Source: Girardia tigrina (lineage: Eukaryota). Taken from it: a stretch of DNA of 64,000 nt. Below the pieces are notes generated by a model, which did no database searches, was not told the origin of the DNA, and saw only the letters and a list, made by a program, of their open reading frames with translations. Positions 51,601 to 64,000 of the stretch are shown piece by piece. The stretch covers positions 1 to 64,000 of the forward strand of contig MQRK01226571.1 of NCBI GenBank assembly GCA_001938485.1. The letters run 5' to 3'. The position numbers and the translations under genes are program-made. Each line of letters starts with the position of its first letter. Positions within the stretch are counted from its first letter, which is position 1.

Positions 51601-52383
51601 ACTTATATATTCAAGTATATTCAAATTAAATGGAAGTTTCAACGATGATAAATGCATTTTTCTGTTTAAAACATTAGTTACCGAAACTCCAATTCCAAAA
51701 TTGTAAATTTTTAAGAAAACATCTTAAGTTTCAATCTATTGAGATCAGTGAGTCTGCTAATTACGACACAATTAATTGAACTATGATTTAAACTAATTGA
51801 AGCTGTTAATTTGTTCGTTAAAAATTCATCAAAATACAATCACATAAATTAAAAAAATCTGTTTATAATTTAGATAATTTTCTTATCCACAAGGGACATA
51901 TAAAAAATTTCGTGAATCCCACTTGAAGAACGCCTGGTTTGAATAATATGAAATTTAACAATTATTTCATCTAGAATTTTGTCAAATATTGAAGGTAAAA
52001 TTATATATTCTTGAGATCATTTTATTTTATTTCAAAAGAATGATCAGCAGTTGAATCTAGGGGCGTAGCTAAGAAAGATATTGAGGATCCATCCCCCAGA
52101 AATATTTTAACAAAATTTGTCATACTCAACTTCACTTTTAAAAGATTCACCAAATCTTAAAATGAGTCTCGATCTTCCATCTAAACCAGGAAGCAATTTC
52201 ATCTTTTGCCGTCATTGTTTTCTTTTCGGCAGTCTTTCTTTCTATAATCTTTTTACTGAACTTACAATGTGAATAAACTTCCTGTCTCGATTTCTTCTTC
52301 CGGTTAATTTTTTCCTCAATTGTAATTCTTCTTTTATATTTTCTAAAGGTAGACAGATTTACCTTAGAAAATGCGACGGGGGG

Positions 52384-55300
52384 GTCGTCCCTAGTTACCG
52401 TGGTTACCATGGTTACGTAACCAGTTACCACGCGGGGTTACCATGGCAACGGTCGCGATCACCCTAGCAACGGTCACGGTTACCATGGCAACGGTCGCGA
52501 TCACCCTAGCAACGCTTCTGATTGGTTCCTTGGTTCCCTAGCAACGGTCGTGATCACCTTAGAAACGCTTCTGATTGGTCCCCGGTTCCCTAGCAACGGT
52601 CGCGATCACCTTAGCAACGGTCGCGATCACCTTAGCAACGGTCGCGGTTCACTTGGAAACGCTTCTGATTGGTTCCCGGCTCCTTAGCAACGGTTTCGGC
52701 TCCCAGGGTAACGGTAACCAAGGAACTTTTCTCATTAGCAACGGATACAGTGATCCAAGGCGGTTGTAACCATGGTAACGGTCCCCGTATCCATAGCAAC
52801 CGTGACCCCATAACTAAGGACCGTAGAAAAAAGTGCTAATCGATCACTGCACAGTGTCCAAATGTGCTAAGGAATATTTTGAAAGTGCTAATCGATAGGG
52901 CACATTTTGCCACACATTTCTAATGTGCTAACACAGTGCTTTTTAAGTTGTACATGTACAAAAGTACAAAAATTAATACATTAAATTTTTTAAAAGTACT
53001 AGTGTCAAAAATCGATATCATATGTTTGATGCACATTTTGATTCTCTATTTGAATGTACAATTCAAATTTTCATATATTGATTACTTTTCTCTATAATTA
53101 GCATAATGTATAAATTTACACAAAGTGCACATTGATTTTAAAGGTACGTGGAAGCAGAATATCAGAAAAGTGCTCATATACTTGAATAGGAAACCATATA
53201 TATACATTCAGATTCAACATCAACATTTTCATAAAAGTGCTGATAAATCGATTTTTTCGAACATTTTTCAAATTCTCAAAAAAGTGCTCAAAAATCTATA
53301 TTTTCGTATATATCTGAAACCTATATGATATATGTGTTTTGTTTTACCGTCATACAATACTTCATGAATTGTCTAATGTACTTAGTAATCAATCACAAGT
53401 ACCATGGTTACCGTAACCAAGATACATAACATTTTATTTTACATGTAAAAACGACATGTATAAAACTCCTATTGTACTTTAAACATCAATATAATACATA
53501 ACATCTTTACAATCATCTATACAATCATNNNNNNNNNNNNNNNNNNNNNNNNNNNNNNNNNNNNNNNNNNNNNNNNNNNNNNNNNNNNNNNNNNNNNNNN
53601 NNNNNNNNNNNNNNNNNNNNNNNNNNNNNNNNNNNNNNNNNNNNNNNNNNNNNNNNNNNNNNNNNNNNNCACATAAGTATAATCACAAGTACCATGGTTA
53701 TATATTATATTATATTATATATAACATTACTTATATATATCTATATATTATACTATTTAATATATTATATTATACTATGTTATATTATATTATTTTATAT
53801 ATTATATTATATTATGTATTATATTATTATGTATAATATATATACACCTTAGAAACCATCATTGCTATCTTAAAAACCATGAAAAACATCTTATAAATCA
53901 TCGAAAACATGTAAAGACCATCAAAATTACACAAAAAAGGGACAAAAATCAATTCTGCCTAGGCTACACATGTGCTAATCAATACTGTACATGTACAGCC
54001 TAGGCAGCCTAGGCAGCCTAGGCAGCATATCTAAGATTAGTACAAGTGTATAAGATATAAGTTCATAATTGTATAAAGTGCAATATATTCATGTTTTAAT
54101 ATAATATAGTGTAAAGTGAGGCCGAATACCCATAGGGTATATAAGATGAAGCAAGCAAAATATCGAAAATCTGTCTGAATACATAGATAGAAANNNNNNN
54201 NNNNNNNNNNNNNNNNNNNNNNNNNNNNNNNNNNNNNNNNNNNNNNNNNNNNNNNNNNNNNNNNNNNNNNNNNNNNNNNNNNNNNNNNNNNNNNNNNNNN
54301 NNNNNNNNNNNNNNNNNNNNNNNNNNNNNNNNNNNNNNNNNNNNNNNNNNNNNNNNNNNNNNNNNNNNNNNNNNNNNNNNNNNNNNNNNNNNNNNNNNNN
54401 NNNNNNNNNNNNNNNNNNNNNNNNNNNNNNNNNNNNNNNNNNNNNNNNNNNNNNNNNNNNNNNNNNNNNNNNNNNNNNNNNNNNNNNNNNNNNNNNNNNN
54501 NNNNNNNNNNNNNNNNNNNNNNNNNNNNNNNNNNNNNACGACATGTATAAAATTCCTATTGTACTTTAAACATTAATATAATACATAACATCTTTACAAT
54601 CATCTATACAATCATATACACAAGTATAATCACAAGTACCATGGTTACCGCAACCACTATACATAACATTTTAATATTATATACATATTATTATTATATT
54701 ATATATTATATTATGTATTATTATATTATTATATTATTATATTATTATTATATTATTATGTATATTATATATACACCTTAGAAACCATCATTGTTATCTT
54801 AAAAACCATGAAAAACACCTTAAAATCATGAAAAATACCTTAAAAATCATCAAAAACATGTAAAAACCATCAAAATTACACAAAAAAGTGTAAAAAATTA
54901 ATTCTACACATGTGCTGCCTAGGCTAATCAATACTGCACTAGGCTGCATACATGCTCATCAATACTGTACTAAGCCTAGGCTGCCGTTAAATCAATAATT
55001 TCACTATTGTACTAAGTGCAATGTATTCATGTTTTAATATAATATAGTGTAAAGTGAGGCAGAATGCCCATAGGGTATAGATAGCGAAGCAAGCAAAATA
55101 TCGAAAATCTGTCTGAATACATGTATAGTAACCCATAGGTAAATAGTCAGAATATGATCTTAGATTCTCGAAAAAATCAATACATAGTGCTTAATTGATA
55201 TGTTGTGTATTATAGTGTAAAGTGGGATAGAACTCTCAAATGGTTTTATATGGCGAAACAAGCAAAATATCGAAAATCTATATGTATGTTCTGCCTCACT

Positions 55301-56720
55301 ATATGTATGTTTTGCCTCACTTTACACTATATTAAATTAAAACATGAATACATTACACTTTGTACAATTGTGAACTTATTGATTTCATACACTTGCACAT
55401 GTATAGTATTGATAAGCACATATGTATCCTAGATAGCCTGCCTAGGCAGAATTGATTTTTTTTGCACATTTTTATGTAATTTTGATGGTTTTTATATGTT
55501 TTCGATGATTTTAAAGGTATTTTTCATGATTTTAAGGTGTTTTTCATGGTTTTTAAGATAAAATTGATGGTTTCTAAGGTGTATATATAATATAATAATA
55601 TAATATATAACATAATATAACATTATATAACATAGTATAATATCTAATATTAAAATGTTACATATCATGGTTACGGTAACCATGGTACTTGTGATTATAC
55701 TTGTGTACATTAGTTGATTATACAGATGTTATGCATTATATTGATGTATGCTTGAAGTACAATAGAAGTTTTTACATGTAGATTTTACATGTAAAATAAA
55801 ATGTTATGTATGTTGGTTACGGTAACCATGGTACTTGTGATTATACTTGTGTACATTAGGAAATTCATGAGGTATTGTTTGATGGTAAACAACATACATA
55901 TATCATATGGGTTTCAGATATATACGAAAATATAGATTTTTGAGCACTTTTTTGAGAATTTGAAAAATGTTCGAAAAAATCGATTTATCAGCACTTTTAT
56001 GAAAATGTTGATGTTGAATCTGAATGTGCGTATGTTGGTTACTATTCAAGTGCATGAGCATTTTTCTGATATTCTGCTTCCACGTACCTTTAAAATCAAT
56101 GTGCACTTTGTGTAAATTTACACATTATGCTAATTATAGAGAAAAGTAATCAATATATGAAAATTTGAATTGCATATTCAAATAGAGAATCAAAATGTGC
56201 ATCAAACATATGATATCGATTTTTGACACTAGTACTTTTAAAAAATTTGATGTATTGATTTTTGTACTTTTGCACATGTGCAACTTAAAAAGCACTGTGC
56301 TAGCACATTAGAAATGTGTGGCAAAATGTGCACTATCGATTAGCACTTTCAAAATATTCCTTAGCCATTTGGGCACTGTACAGTGATCGATTAGTACTTT
56401 TTTCTACGGTCCTTAGTTACGGGGTCACGGTTGCTATGGATACGGGAACCGTAACCATGGTTACAACCGCCTTGGATCACTGTATCCGTTGCTAATGAGA
56501 AACGTTCCTTGGTTACCGTTATCCTGGGAGCCGAAACCATTGCTAAGGAACCGGGAACCAATCAGAAGCGTTTCCCAGTGAACTGAAACCGTTGCTATGG
56601 TGATCGCTACCGTTGCCATTGTAACCGTGACCGTTGCTAAGATGATCGCGACCGTTGCCATGGTAACCCCGCGTGGTAACTGGTTACGTTACCATGGCAA
56701 CCACGGTAACTAGGGACGAC
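52384..56720. mobile_element. Giant non-autonomous foldback element with >1.3-kb inverted arms
   Basis: 52384 onward is the reverse complement of 56720 back to ~55290. Termini GTCGTCCCTAGTTACCGTGG, with GGGGGG on both flanks. No real ORF. Two N gaps and a duplicated inner arm segment (53380-54190 vs 54540-55130). Confidence 0.92.
52395..52800. repeat. 21-bp tandem array with RFX X-box and NF-Y Y-box motifs (mirror copy at ~56425-56710)
   Basis: Units GGTCGCGATCACCCTAGCAAC; GTTACCATGGCAAC at 52437 and 52479; CTGATTGG three times. Confidence 0.8.
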
Positions 56721-57189
56721 GGGGGGTGGGGGAGAACCCGCATTTTTCTTCTACTGTATACAAATCTTTCCTCTCAAACAGGTTTTCGAAACACTGAGAT
56801 TTTCATTTTCTATTTCATCGATTTCCTTAAAATGTTTCATTTGATCAAAACTATTCTCTGTAACAGCATCGTTTAAATTTTCGTTTTCTTGTTTTACCTC
56901 TTTCTTTAATGGCTGCCACAATCACAACCTGGCTCTTGTTAAAGTACCAGATATACATTCTCTGAGCAACATGCAGGGTATCGTATTAAAAGCATGCAAC
57001 TTTTTCTCAATCTCTCTAAAAAGAGTCATTATTTTCAAAATGTTTCTATCTGAGAAAAATATAGCGAAGCTCATTACTCGGTGTGAAAATCGATCTATTT
57101 AAAATTATAATGCTATCAATCGATTTACTAAACTTTATATGCTTTTTATGGATTAATATAGTGTGGTGTGTGGGGGAGGTGCATGAGAC

Positions 57190-57680
57190 CCTACCTGCAT
57201 TGACACCACAGGGAGTTGTTACGGTCCTGTCGGAAAGTTGGTTTCTGCACCTCGAACATCGACAGTCCCTCAAATTGTAATAATCCACCGCACGTGACCA
57301 TGGATTGAATTCGACATCGGCATACAAGGATCCCCGTGCATCTCCGACCGATCCGAACGGCCGGATGTGAGCAGATTCCGGTGCGCTCTCGCCGGATCAA
57401 CCCGCTCGTTGCGAGCTGCTCCCTTTGGATCGTGCCCCCGTTCGGATTTTGGCATTCGTCGAACCACCAAGGCGGTGGACGGTCGGCTGAACTGGAGATA
57501 AAGTCTCGCATTTGAGGTAGGCACTGATTTGATAGTCTCGACCCCCAAATCAGCTTCGAGAACCGGCAGAGGATGACACAGGATGTCCGGTTGAATCGAG
57601 TTTCTGTGACAGGAGTTCGAAAGATCTAATAGCTCTGTCGCCATACTGCGCCTCCTTTGTTTCGCAGTGAATAGAACATC
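57190..57680 (-). other. GC-rich, coding-like gene fragment of unknown identity
   Basis: Overlapping open frames and a possible donor GCAG|GTAGG near 57195; no motif recognised. Confidence 0.3.
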
Positions 57681-58139
57681 TTCGTTTTGAAATTCATTTG
57701 ATTTGATTTTTATGTGAAAACGAGTCGATATTCGTAATTTACGAATCGTAAATAACCATTTGCAATTGATTAAAGCAATTCATGAAATTACGAATTTAAA
57801 AATGTTGCAAAAATCATTATATTTAAACAAATTCGAAAAATAGAAATTAAAAATTTGTTTTATCTGAGATTACAATGCCAAATATATATAATGATGTTCA
57901 TCAATTATTTTAAATTTAATTTTAAAAATCACATTTATTTACATGATATTTTTTAAAAATCATTCACACATAAAAATTACAATTTTTTTATCATCAACAA
58001 TTTACATTTAATTTTTTGTAATGTTTTTGATTTATTTTTATTTAAGAATCATACGAACTCAAATCGTCCACAATTTAAAGAAGATTAGCTTTTCCATTTT
58101 TTTTCATTAATAATTCATAAAGTATCGGAACTAAAATCA

Positions 58140-58600
58140 CCAAATTTATTCCGATTTCGAATTGGAGGAATTTTTGGTCACTACATGGATATTTTGAAAA
58201 ATTTATCAGAAGACCACGATACAGAAACCTCATTAAAGGTAGAAGCTCTTCTGTCTGCTATCGAGAAAAGCTTCTTTGTTATATCATTACTTTTTGCCGT
58301 AGATCTCGTTTCGTTAAATCTTCCACTAGCCAAAGTTCTACAATCCGAATCTCAAGATCTAGAAACATGCGTTGCTCACGCTAAATCAGCTTTGAGCATA
58401 CTTGATCGATCTCATGAGTATAGCCAAGAAACGTTTCATAAATTTTTTTCTCAAACTGATTGATTTTTAGCACGTGTTTTTTCAGATCATTCTAGAATCA
58501 CGATTCCAGGGACCGTTCAGCGCTCTGTATATGGAATTTCTCAGCAGTTCTCAATGTCAGAAGTCTATTATCTCATGATTTTTACAACGTTTTTCTTGAC
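58140..58600 (+). pseudogene. hAT transposase fragment (ZMYM1/PRKRIR-like)
   Basis: DTETSLKVEALLSAIEKSFFVISL...LPLAKVLQSESQDL...ITIPGTVQR. Confidence 0.7.
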
Positions 58601-61389
58601 AAAGTTAAATATAACTTAATGAAAGGCTAATTAATCAGTACTGATAAAGTATTATTATAATTTGGTCAATCCCAACGACGGCTGGACTTTTTAATATAAA
58701 TTTAGCTCTTCTATCCATTTCTGCTTATAATCATTATTATCTTCATTAAATTATTTAACCCTTACAATTTCTGTAGAATACACTATAATTTCTGTGTCCA
58801 GTCTCTCTTCATTCTTGCTAAACAATGATCAATATGGAAACAATATTTACAGGACCATAAAATAGTATCAGTATATACATGTATGAGCGAGAGTGATTAA
58901 ATATGTGCATGAACGGATGTGAGTTTGGCTGAAATTGTGGTGTGTTTATCATTAACCCCCCCAAAACGAAATCCTATACACATCTCTGGTTGTATAAATG
59001 GAAACTGGAAACAAGAAGATGAGGTCTACATGTGTAATAATCCTTGAGAAATATCAATAGAGACCAGAATATTCATCATTATCAATAAATTTCAGAAAAT
59101 GTTACTGAAGTTTTCCAATAATAATTCATTTTAAGATGCATTAAAAAATTTCTTTATTCGATATTATTTTATGATATTTTCCTTTATTCACAAGTGCGTC
59201 AAACTGAGTTGGGAATGATTCTAAATATTTTATTTAGCAAATTAAAATCATAAGAAAATCATTATCTTTGAAACAGTGTTCTACGCCACCAAGAAGTTTT
59301 ATGAGAGTTCCAGATTGTCTGGATAACTTATTGAAAGCATTTATGCTGAAAAATATTAAAATTGATAAAAATAAATGTATAGAAGGTGTATTAGCCAGCT
59401 ACCACTAATATATATATATATATATATATAACACATTTGAAAATAATAATTATTATCGATCGATTCAATAACATTGAATTAAACAATCAGATGGGTGGAA
59501 TTATTCGTACGTTCTTCGCTAATTCAGTCATAACATGAATATTACATCCAATTTATCGTTTCTGATATCGTGGATTTATGTTTACCGACATTATCGATAT
59601 TCTTCGTGACCCGCGTGATAATGGGAATTCATTCGCCATCAAATACCGCTATCTCATAGGACAACAACCATCAAATTGCAGTTATTTAGATTTTTAAACG
59701 GTGTCGCGATATTTGCCATTTCGATGTGGGAAATTTTGATAATACTGAATAAAGTGCAGCGATCTCGAACTTAGTTCTTCATCGTACAACTTTGGAAAAG
59801 AAGTCAAAGAATTAATTGATAATTGTCAACAACAGAGCATGATATGACATCATACACAAAATAATATAATTCCATTTTTCCTATTCAATGTCTAATTAAG
59901 GCCAGAAAAATACTTATTATCACCGAATGATTTGACAGCTAATTATATTTATTAACAATCTGGTGTCTATTGTGTTATTAATAAACATTACTCATCTCTT
60001 CATCTAATTATTCTATAACGTTAATGGAAGAGGAAATTGCATCCGATTTCTCATTCTATTACAGAAGGGTTTGAAAAATGAAATTTGTATTATTGAAAAT
60101 AGTTCTATACCTGGTGTAAAAAATCAGTTTTTCAATATATTTAAGTAAATTTAAGCATTATTAATTTTTTTTGAATCATTCAGTTCATCTGTTTATCTCA
60201 AAAGAATTTATAATCATAACTGTTACATATAAGATAACGAAGTTGTTATTGATAAATATCACAGAAAATTCAATAAAATATAATACAATAAATAATCAAA
60301 CTTAATTAATTAATATTTAATAAGTTTTCAGTAAATTATTTTAAAAAGTTTATTTATTTTCAATGTACCGAAAATCCAAATGAAAATTGACCTGATGATG
60401 AGATTTAAAATTTTTTGAAACAGATTGTCTTTGAAATTCAAGGTTTGTGGTCTATAATTACATTCAAATAAATGCCGATAATGGCGACTTCTATTTCAAA
60501 ATGAAATCCAGAATAAAATGTAATTATTCTTTAATCGATTGTTTAGAAATGAGACCGTTTTCTCAGAATACCGTTCGGACAGTCATTTCAGTTAGTTTGC
60601 ATTTATAAAATTTCAGATATTTTGGATTTAAAACAAAGGTTAAAATAAAGTGGATAGCATTGACAGTAAAACGATTCTCTCAGAGATTGAGTATTATGTT
60701 TTTCTAAATTTTTATTAGGTCATTAAGGATGAAATTTGTAGAACTAAAGTCAAAGTTTATTGATCATTTACCGATACAACTATTTTTCTCATTCATCAAA
60801 GTATAAACCCTTATTATTAACATACTTTTACCATTTAAGTTGCAGCTTTTTGAGGCCATTTGAATATAAATTTGGTGGGCGAGATTATAAAAATTCCTGA
60901 CAGGTCAGTTTTACGGAATCGTGGGAACTGAATTTTTTTTTCCTATCAAGAAGTTTTTCAAATTAAGGAAGAAATGGTAATTATTTGGGACAAGGTCTGG
61001 TGAGTATGGAGGATGATACATAAGTTCGTGTAGTTTTTTCGCGGTTTGAAGAACAATATGTGGAAGTCGACCTGTTTACCATACACGTCTGTTTTTCTTT
61101 GAGTTTCCGAATCATGATTGATTGTTTTCGTGCTGTTTGAGACTGACAAACGACTTTTCAAATTTTCACTTTTGGTTTTCTGTTGTGGAGTGGCTACAAA
61201 CGCAGCAGCAATTTTCATACTAGATCCAGTTATCATCCCAACTGACGATTCCATTCAAAAAGTGATTACAAGAAAGTATTATCAAGCAAGTATCCAAACG
61301 TTTTTATTTATGCTTTTAATTTAACTCATATGAACTCGACTTATACAACTTTTACCAATTTCAGCCAAGTGATTCAATATTGTTCAATA

Positions 61390-62132
61390 TGGAATATATG
61401 TAAGAAGGAATCCAAACTTTGTGATCTTTCTTTCCTCTACCTTGGAAAAAGACCCGTGTCTCATCCTTGATCGCTATGTTTGAATATGCTTCATCACCCA
61501 TCTGTGAAATTACATGACGTATATGCTTTGCAGTGTTAATGCGTTGTTGTTTATTAGCAGCAGAAAGTTCGTGAGGGACCCAAACAGAGCAAACTTTTTT
61601 TGTAATGAATTTTTTCACGCAGAATTTTGTGGACTGTATTTTTGCCTAAAGAAAGTTCATTTTCAATATAACGTAAAGAGGCATTTGGAGCTTCATCAAT
61701 CACTTCTTTGACTGCTTTAATCTTTTCATCGTCTATTAATGACGGCCTGCCACTTCTTGATGAATCGTCGAAGGACGTTCGTTTTTCCTTTTTAAAATCA
61801 GTCAGTGCTGGGTGATTTGCGTCTTCCCATGCCTGATGAAGTTGCTGAAGAATTTCTGAAGCAGAGAGTCCTCTTTTACTTTGAGTTAGTCAAAAAAACG
61901 TCGGCAACATTTATTTGGTTCCATTGTTAAAAACCGCTTGATTTGAATTCGCTGCACTTTTACAATTTTAATACTTTAATAAAACAAAATTTTACTTTTT
62001 TCAATTTTATGCTTTGAAATTTTAACACAGTATTTATGACAGTCTGAATAATATTCAGTCGAAATTTGGTTAAATTTGGTAAAATATTAGTGTGTTTTTA
62101 AAGGCCACCTGAGGACTTTTGGGACATCCTAA
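61390..62132 (-). mobile_element. Mariner 5' half with left TIR
   Basis: KKVCSVWVPHEL...IAIKDETRVFF; upstream SFDDSSRSGRPS; TIR TTAGGATGTCCCAAAAGTCC. Confidence 0.85.
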
Positions 62133-63185
62133 GTATTTTATATTTATTTTATTAGATATTTTCCACTTTTATATAACTGAATTGAAGATCCAATTATTTC
62201 CTTTCCACTGTTAACTACTTGACCTATTTGCATGTATATAATTATTTATTATTTATTATTATTTTTATAATTTATTGATTTGTGGAAAATTAAATGAATA
62301 TATAAGGAACATTTATATATAATTTTTGAACCACATTACAAATAAAATGATCCCTAATTTTTCCACCGAATGAAAAAAAAGACAAAGAACAAATTTAATA
62401 ATTCATAATTTGATTTTTTGCTTATAAAAAGTTATATTCATCAATTTAAATAATTTATTATTAATTATATGTCATTCAAAAATAATGAAAGGAAATTGTA
62501 TGAAATTTATTTTATTTTAATATAAATTAACTTTCCAAAGTTTCTGTGTAATTATTAAACAAAGATTCTAGCGAGGAATAAAAAAAGACAGAAGACAATT
62601 CTTTGACGACAATAAAGATAAAGATCAAATTTTATTAATGAATTTCTTTTAATATTTTGAAAAATAATTAACTGAAATAAATTTTATTTCTCTAATTTCT
62701 TTTAATATTTCTCGAGAGAATTACTTACATCAGGAATATTTCAGTCTCAAATGAATTAATTAGATGTTTTCTACATATTTATCTTTCAAATAAATAATCT
62801 TTATTAACTTTACATAATTATGATTATTATTGATAACTATAGAGTTGGATCGAAGGTCTTGTCTGATAGAAAATAATATTAATTTCACCAAGAAAGACAA
62901 TATGTAAATTGGAAATATAAACAAAACATCAATAGTCTGTAAATCTAAAAAATTAATGCTTTATGAAGAAATGTTTAATTATTAAATACTTTTTAAAATG
63001 TTTTATTTCTACTTTATATTTAAATAATTGTATTAGATAGTTATCATTTAAAAATATATAATCTTCTAGCGGACAGACTTTCGTTCTAATCCTAAAACTT
63101 AATTAGAGCATTTTGATAAATATTATCATATAACATGTTTCAATCACCATCAACAAATATATAATAATCAATTTTAACTACCCAA

Positions 63186-63514
63186 TCCAGGGATCCCGGG
63201 AATTTCGCTGCATTGAAATCCTTGGAATATCAGGTCGGGATCCCGGGGATTCAGAAGTTATTTCCTTATTTCAAAACTTTATATTATTCGATGTAAAAGT
63301 GAATTAAAATGAAGTCAATAATACGACAAAAATTTCATTATGGTATTTTAAATCTATGATTTGAAAAAATTATTTTAGTGTATGAAAAAATGATTTTAGG
63401 TTAAGAAAAAAGGATTGCAAAATAAAGAAATACTCAATTCCGGGATCCCGAGATTAGGGTTGGGATTCGTCCCGAAATCCCGGGTTCGTGAAAATGCCGG
63501 GATTTGGAACCTAC
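63186..63514. mobile_element. Non-autonomous DNA transposon remnant with CGGGATCCCG subterminal repeats (hAT-like)
   Basis: Clusters of GGGATCCCGG at both ends; right terminus CGGGATTTGGAACCTA. Confidence 0.55.
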
Positions 63515-63554
63515 TACCCAACTTTCAACATGTTTATAGATGATTCCATTTTCT

Positions 63555-63988
63555 TAGGGTATGTGAGGAATATTTGGAATGATGATGTTTTGTGTAGTGT
63601 TTGCATGTTTAAATGTTGTGTGTTGATTTGGGATTGTGCCTCTCCTAATCATATGGATAATTAATATTTTAATTCTTATAATCTGAAACTAATTTATTCA
63701 AATTGAGATTTAATATTCAAATTTTTAATCTATTATTATAGTAAATTTTAAAAAAATAAATCAAAATAATGTTTTAAATGATTAGAAAAAGTAATTTTAC
63801 TTTAACCAATAAAATTTAAAGTAAATATTTAAAATAAATCATTCTTTTCAAGTTAGTTCAGTTTGGAATGAGAATTATTAAACATTGATAGATGAATTTG
63901 AGCGAATACAATACTATTGATTATCATGGAGATGATCAAAATTGTGAATATAATAAATGTTCTACCAAATGTGTGACTTCTCTTAACA
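63555..63988 (-). repeat. Dispersed repeat family, copy 3
   Basis: The reverse complement matches 14735-15165. Confidence 0.75.
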
Positions 63989-64000
63989 GGGTACATATAC

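Larger units (their letters stand above)
52058..58988 (+). mobile_element. Possible old hAT (Tip100/ZMYM1-like) element hosting the foldback
   Basis: Left end TAGGGGCGTAGCTAAG; degenerate right end CCCCCCCAAAACGAAATCCTATACACATCTCTG; flanks GTTGAATC/GTTGTATA (6/8); transposase remnant inside. Confidence 0.4.

Noticed and set aside
52395-52800. Repeat array resembling a CRISPR
   Set aside because: Units are contiguous with no unique spacers, there are no cas genes, and the context is eukaryotic.
53380-55130. Tandem duplication of the inner foldback arm
   Set aside because: Both copies abut N gaps, so it may be a scaffolding or haplotype artefact. Not claimed as biological.
52575-56661. ORFs with ATVAITL heptad repeats and the paired MHIDFKGTWKQ ORFs
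   Set aside because: These are translations of the 21-bp tandem array and of mirrored foldback arms, starting at non-ATG or incidental codons.

Overview
Very AT-rich eukaryotic genomic DNA dominated by decayed and nested transposons. The gene sequences, ~45-55 nt introns and repeat landscape suggest an invertebrate, plausibly a planarian flatworm (inference). There are two intact single-exon host genes: a divergent ZMPSTE24/STE24 CAAX protease (5825-7291, -) and COP9 signalosome subunit 2 (10872-12209, +), whose core is strikingly GC3-rich. The centre of the window is a 17.5-kb nested Ty3/Gypsy structure (26901-44389, TSD AGTTA). Its 5' LTR is split by a 951-bp solo LTR carrying a tetraspanin-like fragment. 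Its gag is split by a second, 11.3-kb LTR element (28408-39669, TSD GAATA) that has lost RT/RNase H. Between the inner LTRs lie a degenerate gene with about three ubiquitin-like domains ending in RIGG plus a short tail, and an antisense, intron-containing TALE-homeobox gene. Other highlights are a ~4.3-kb almost fully palindromic element (52384-56720) with GTCGTC termini, a G6 flanking duplication and 21-bp phased RFX X-box/NF-Y Y-box arrays; a covarying structured RNA motif just upstream of the PPT in two copies of an LTR family; a Mos1-like mariner; and several MITEs (piggyBac, Harbinger, hAT, palindromic) plus a Helitron end. All calls come from reading the sequence; no database searches were run.
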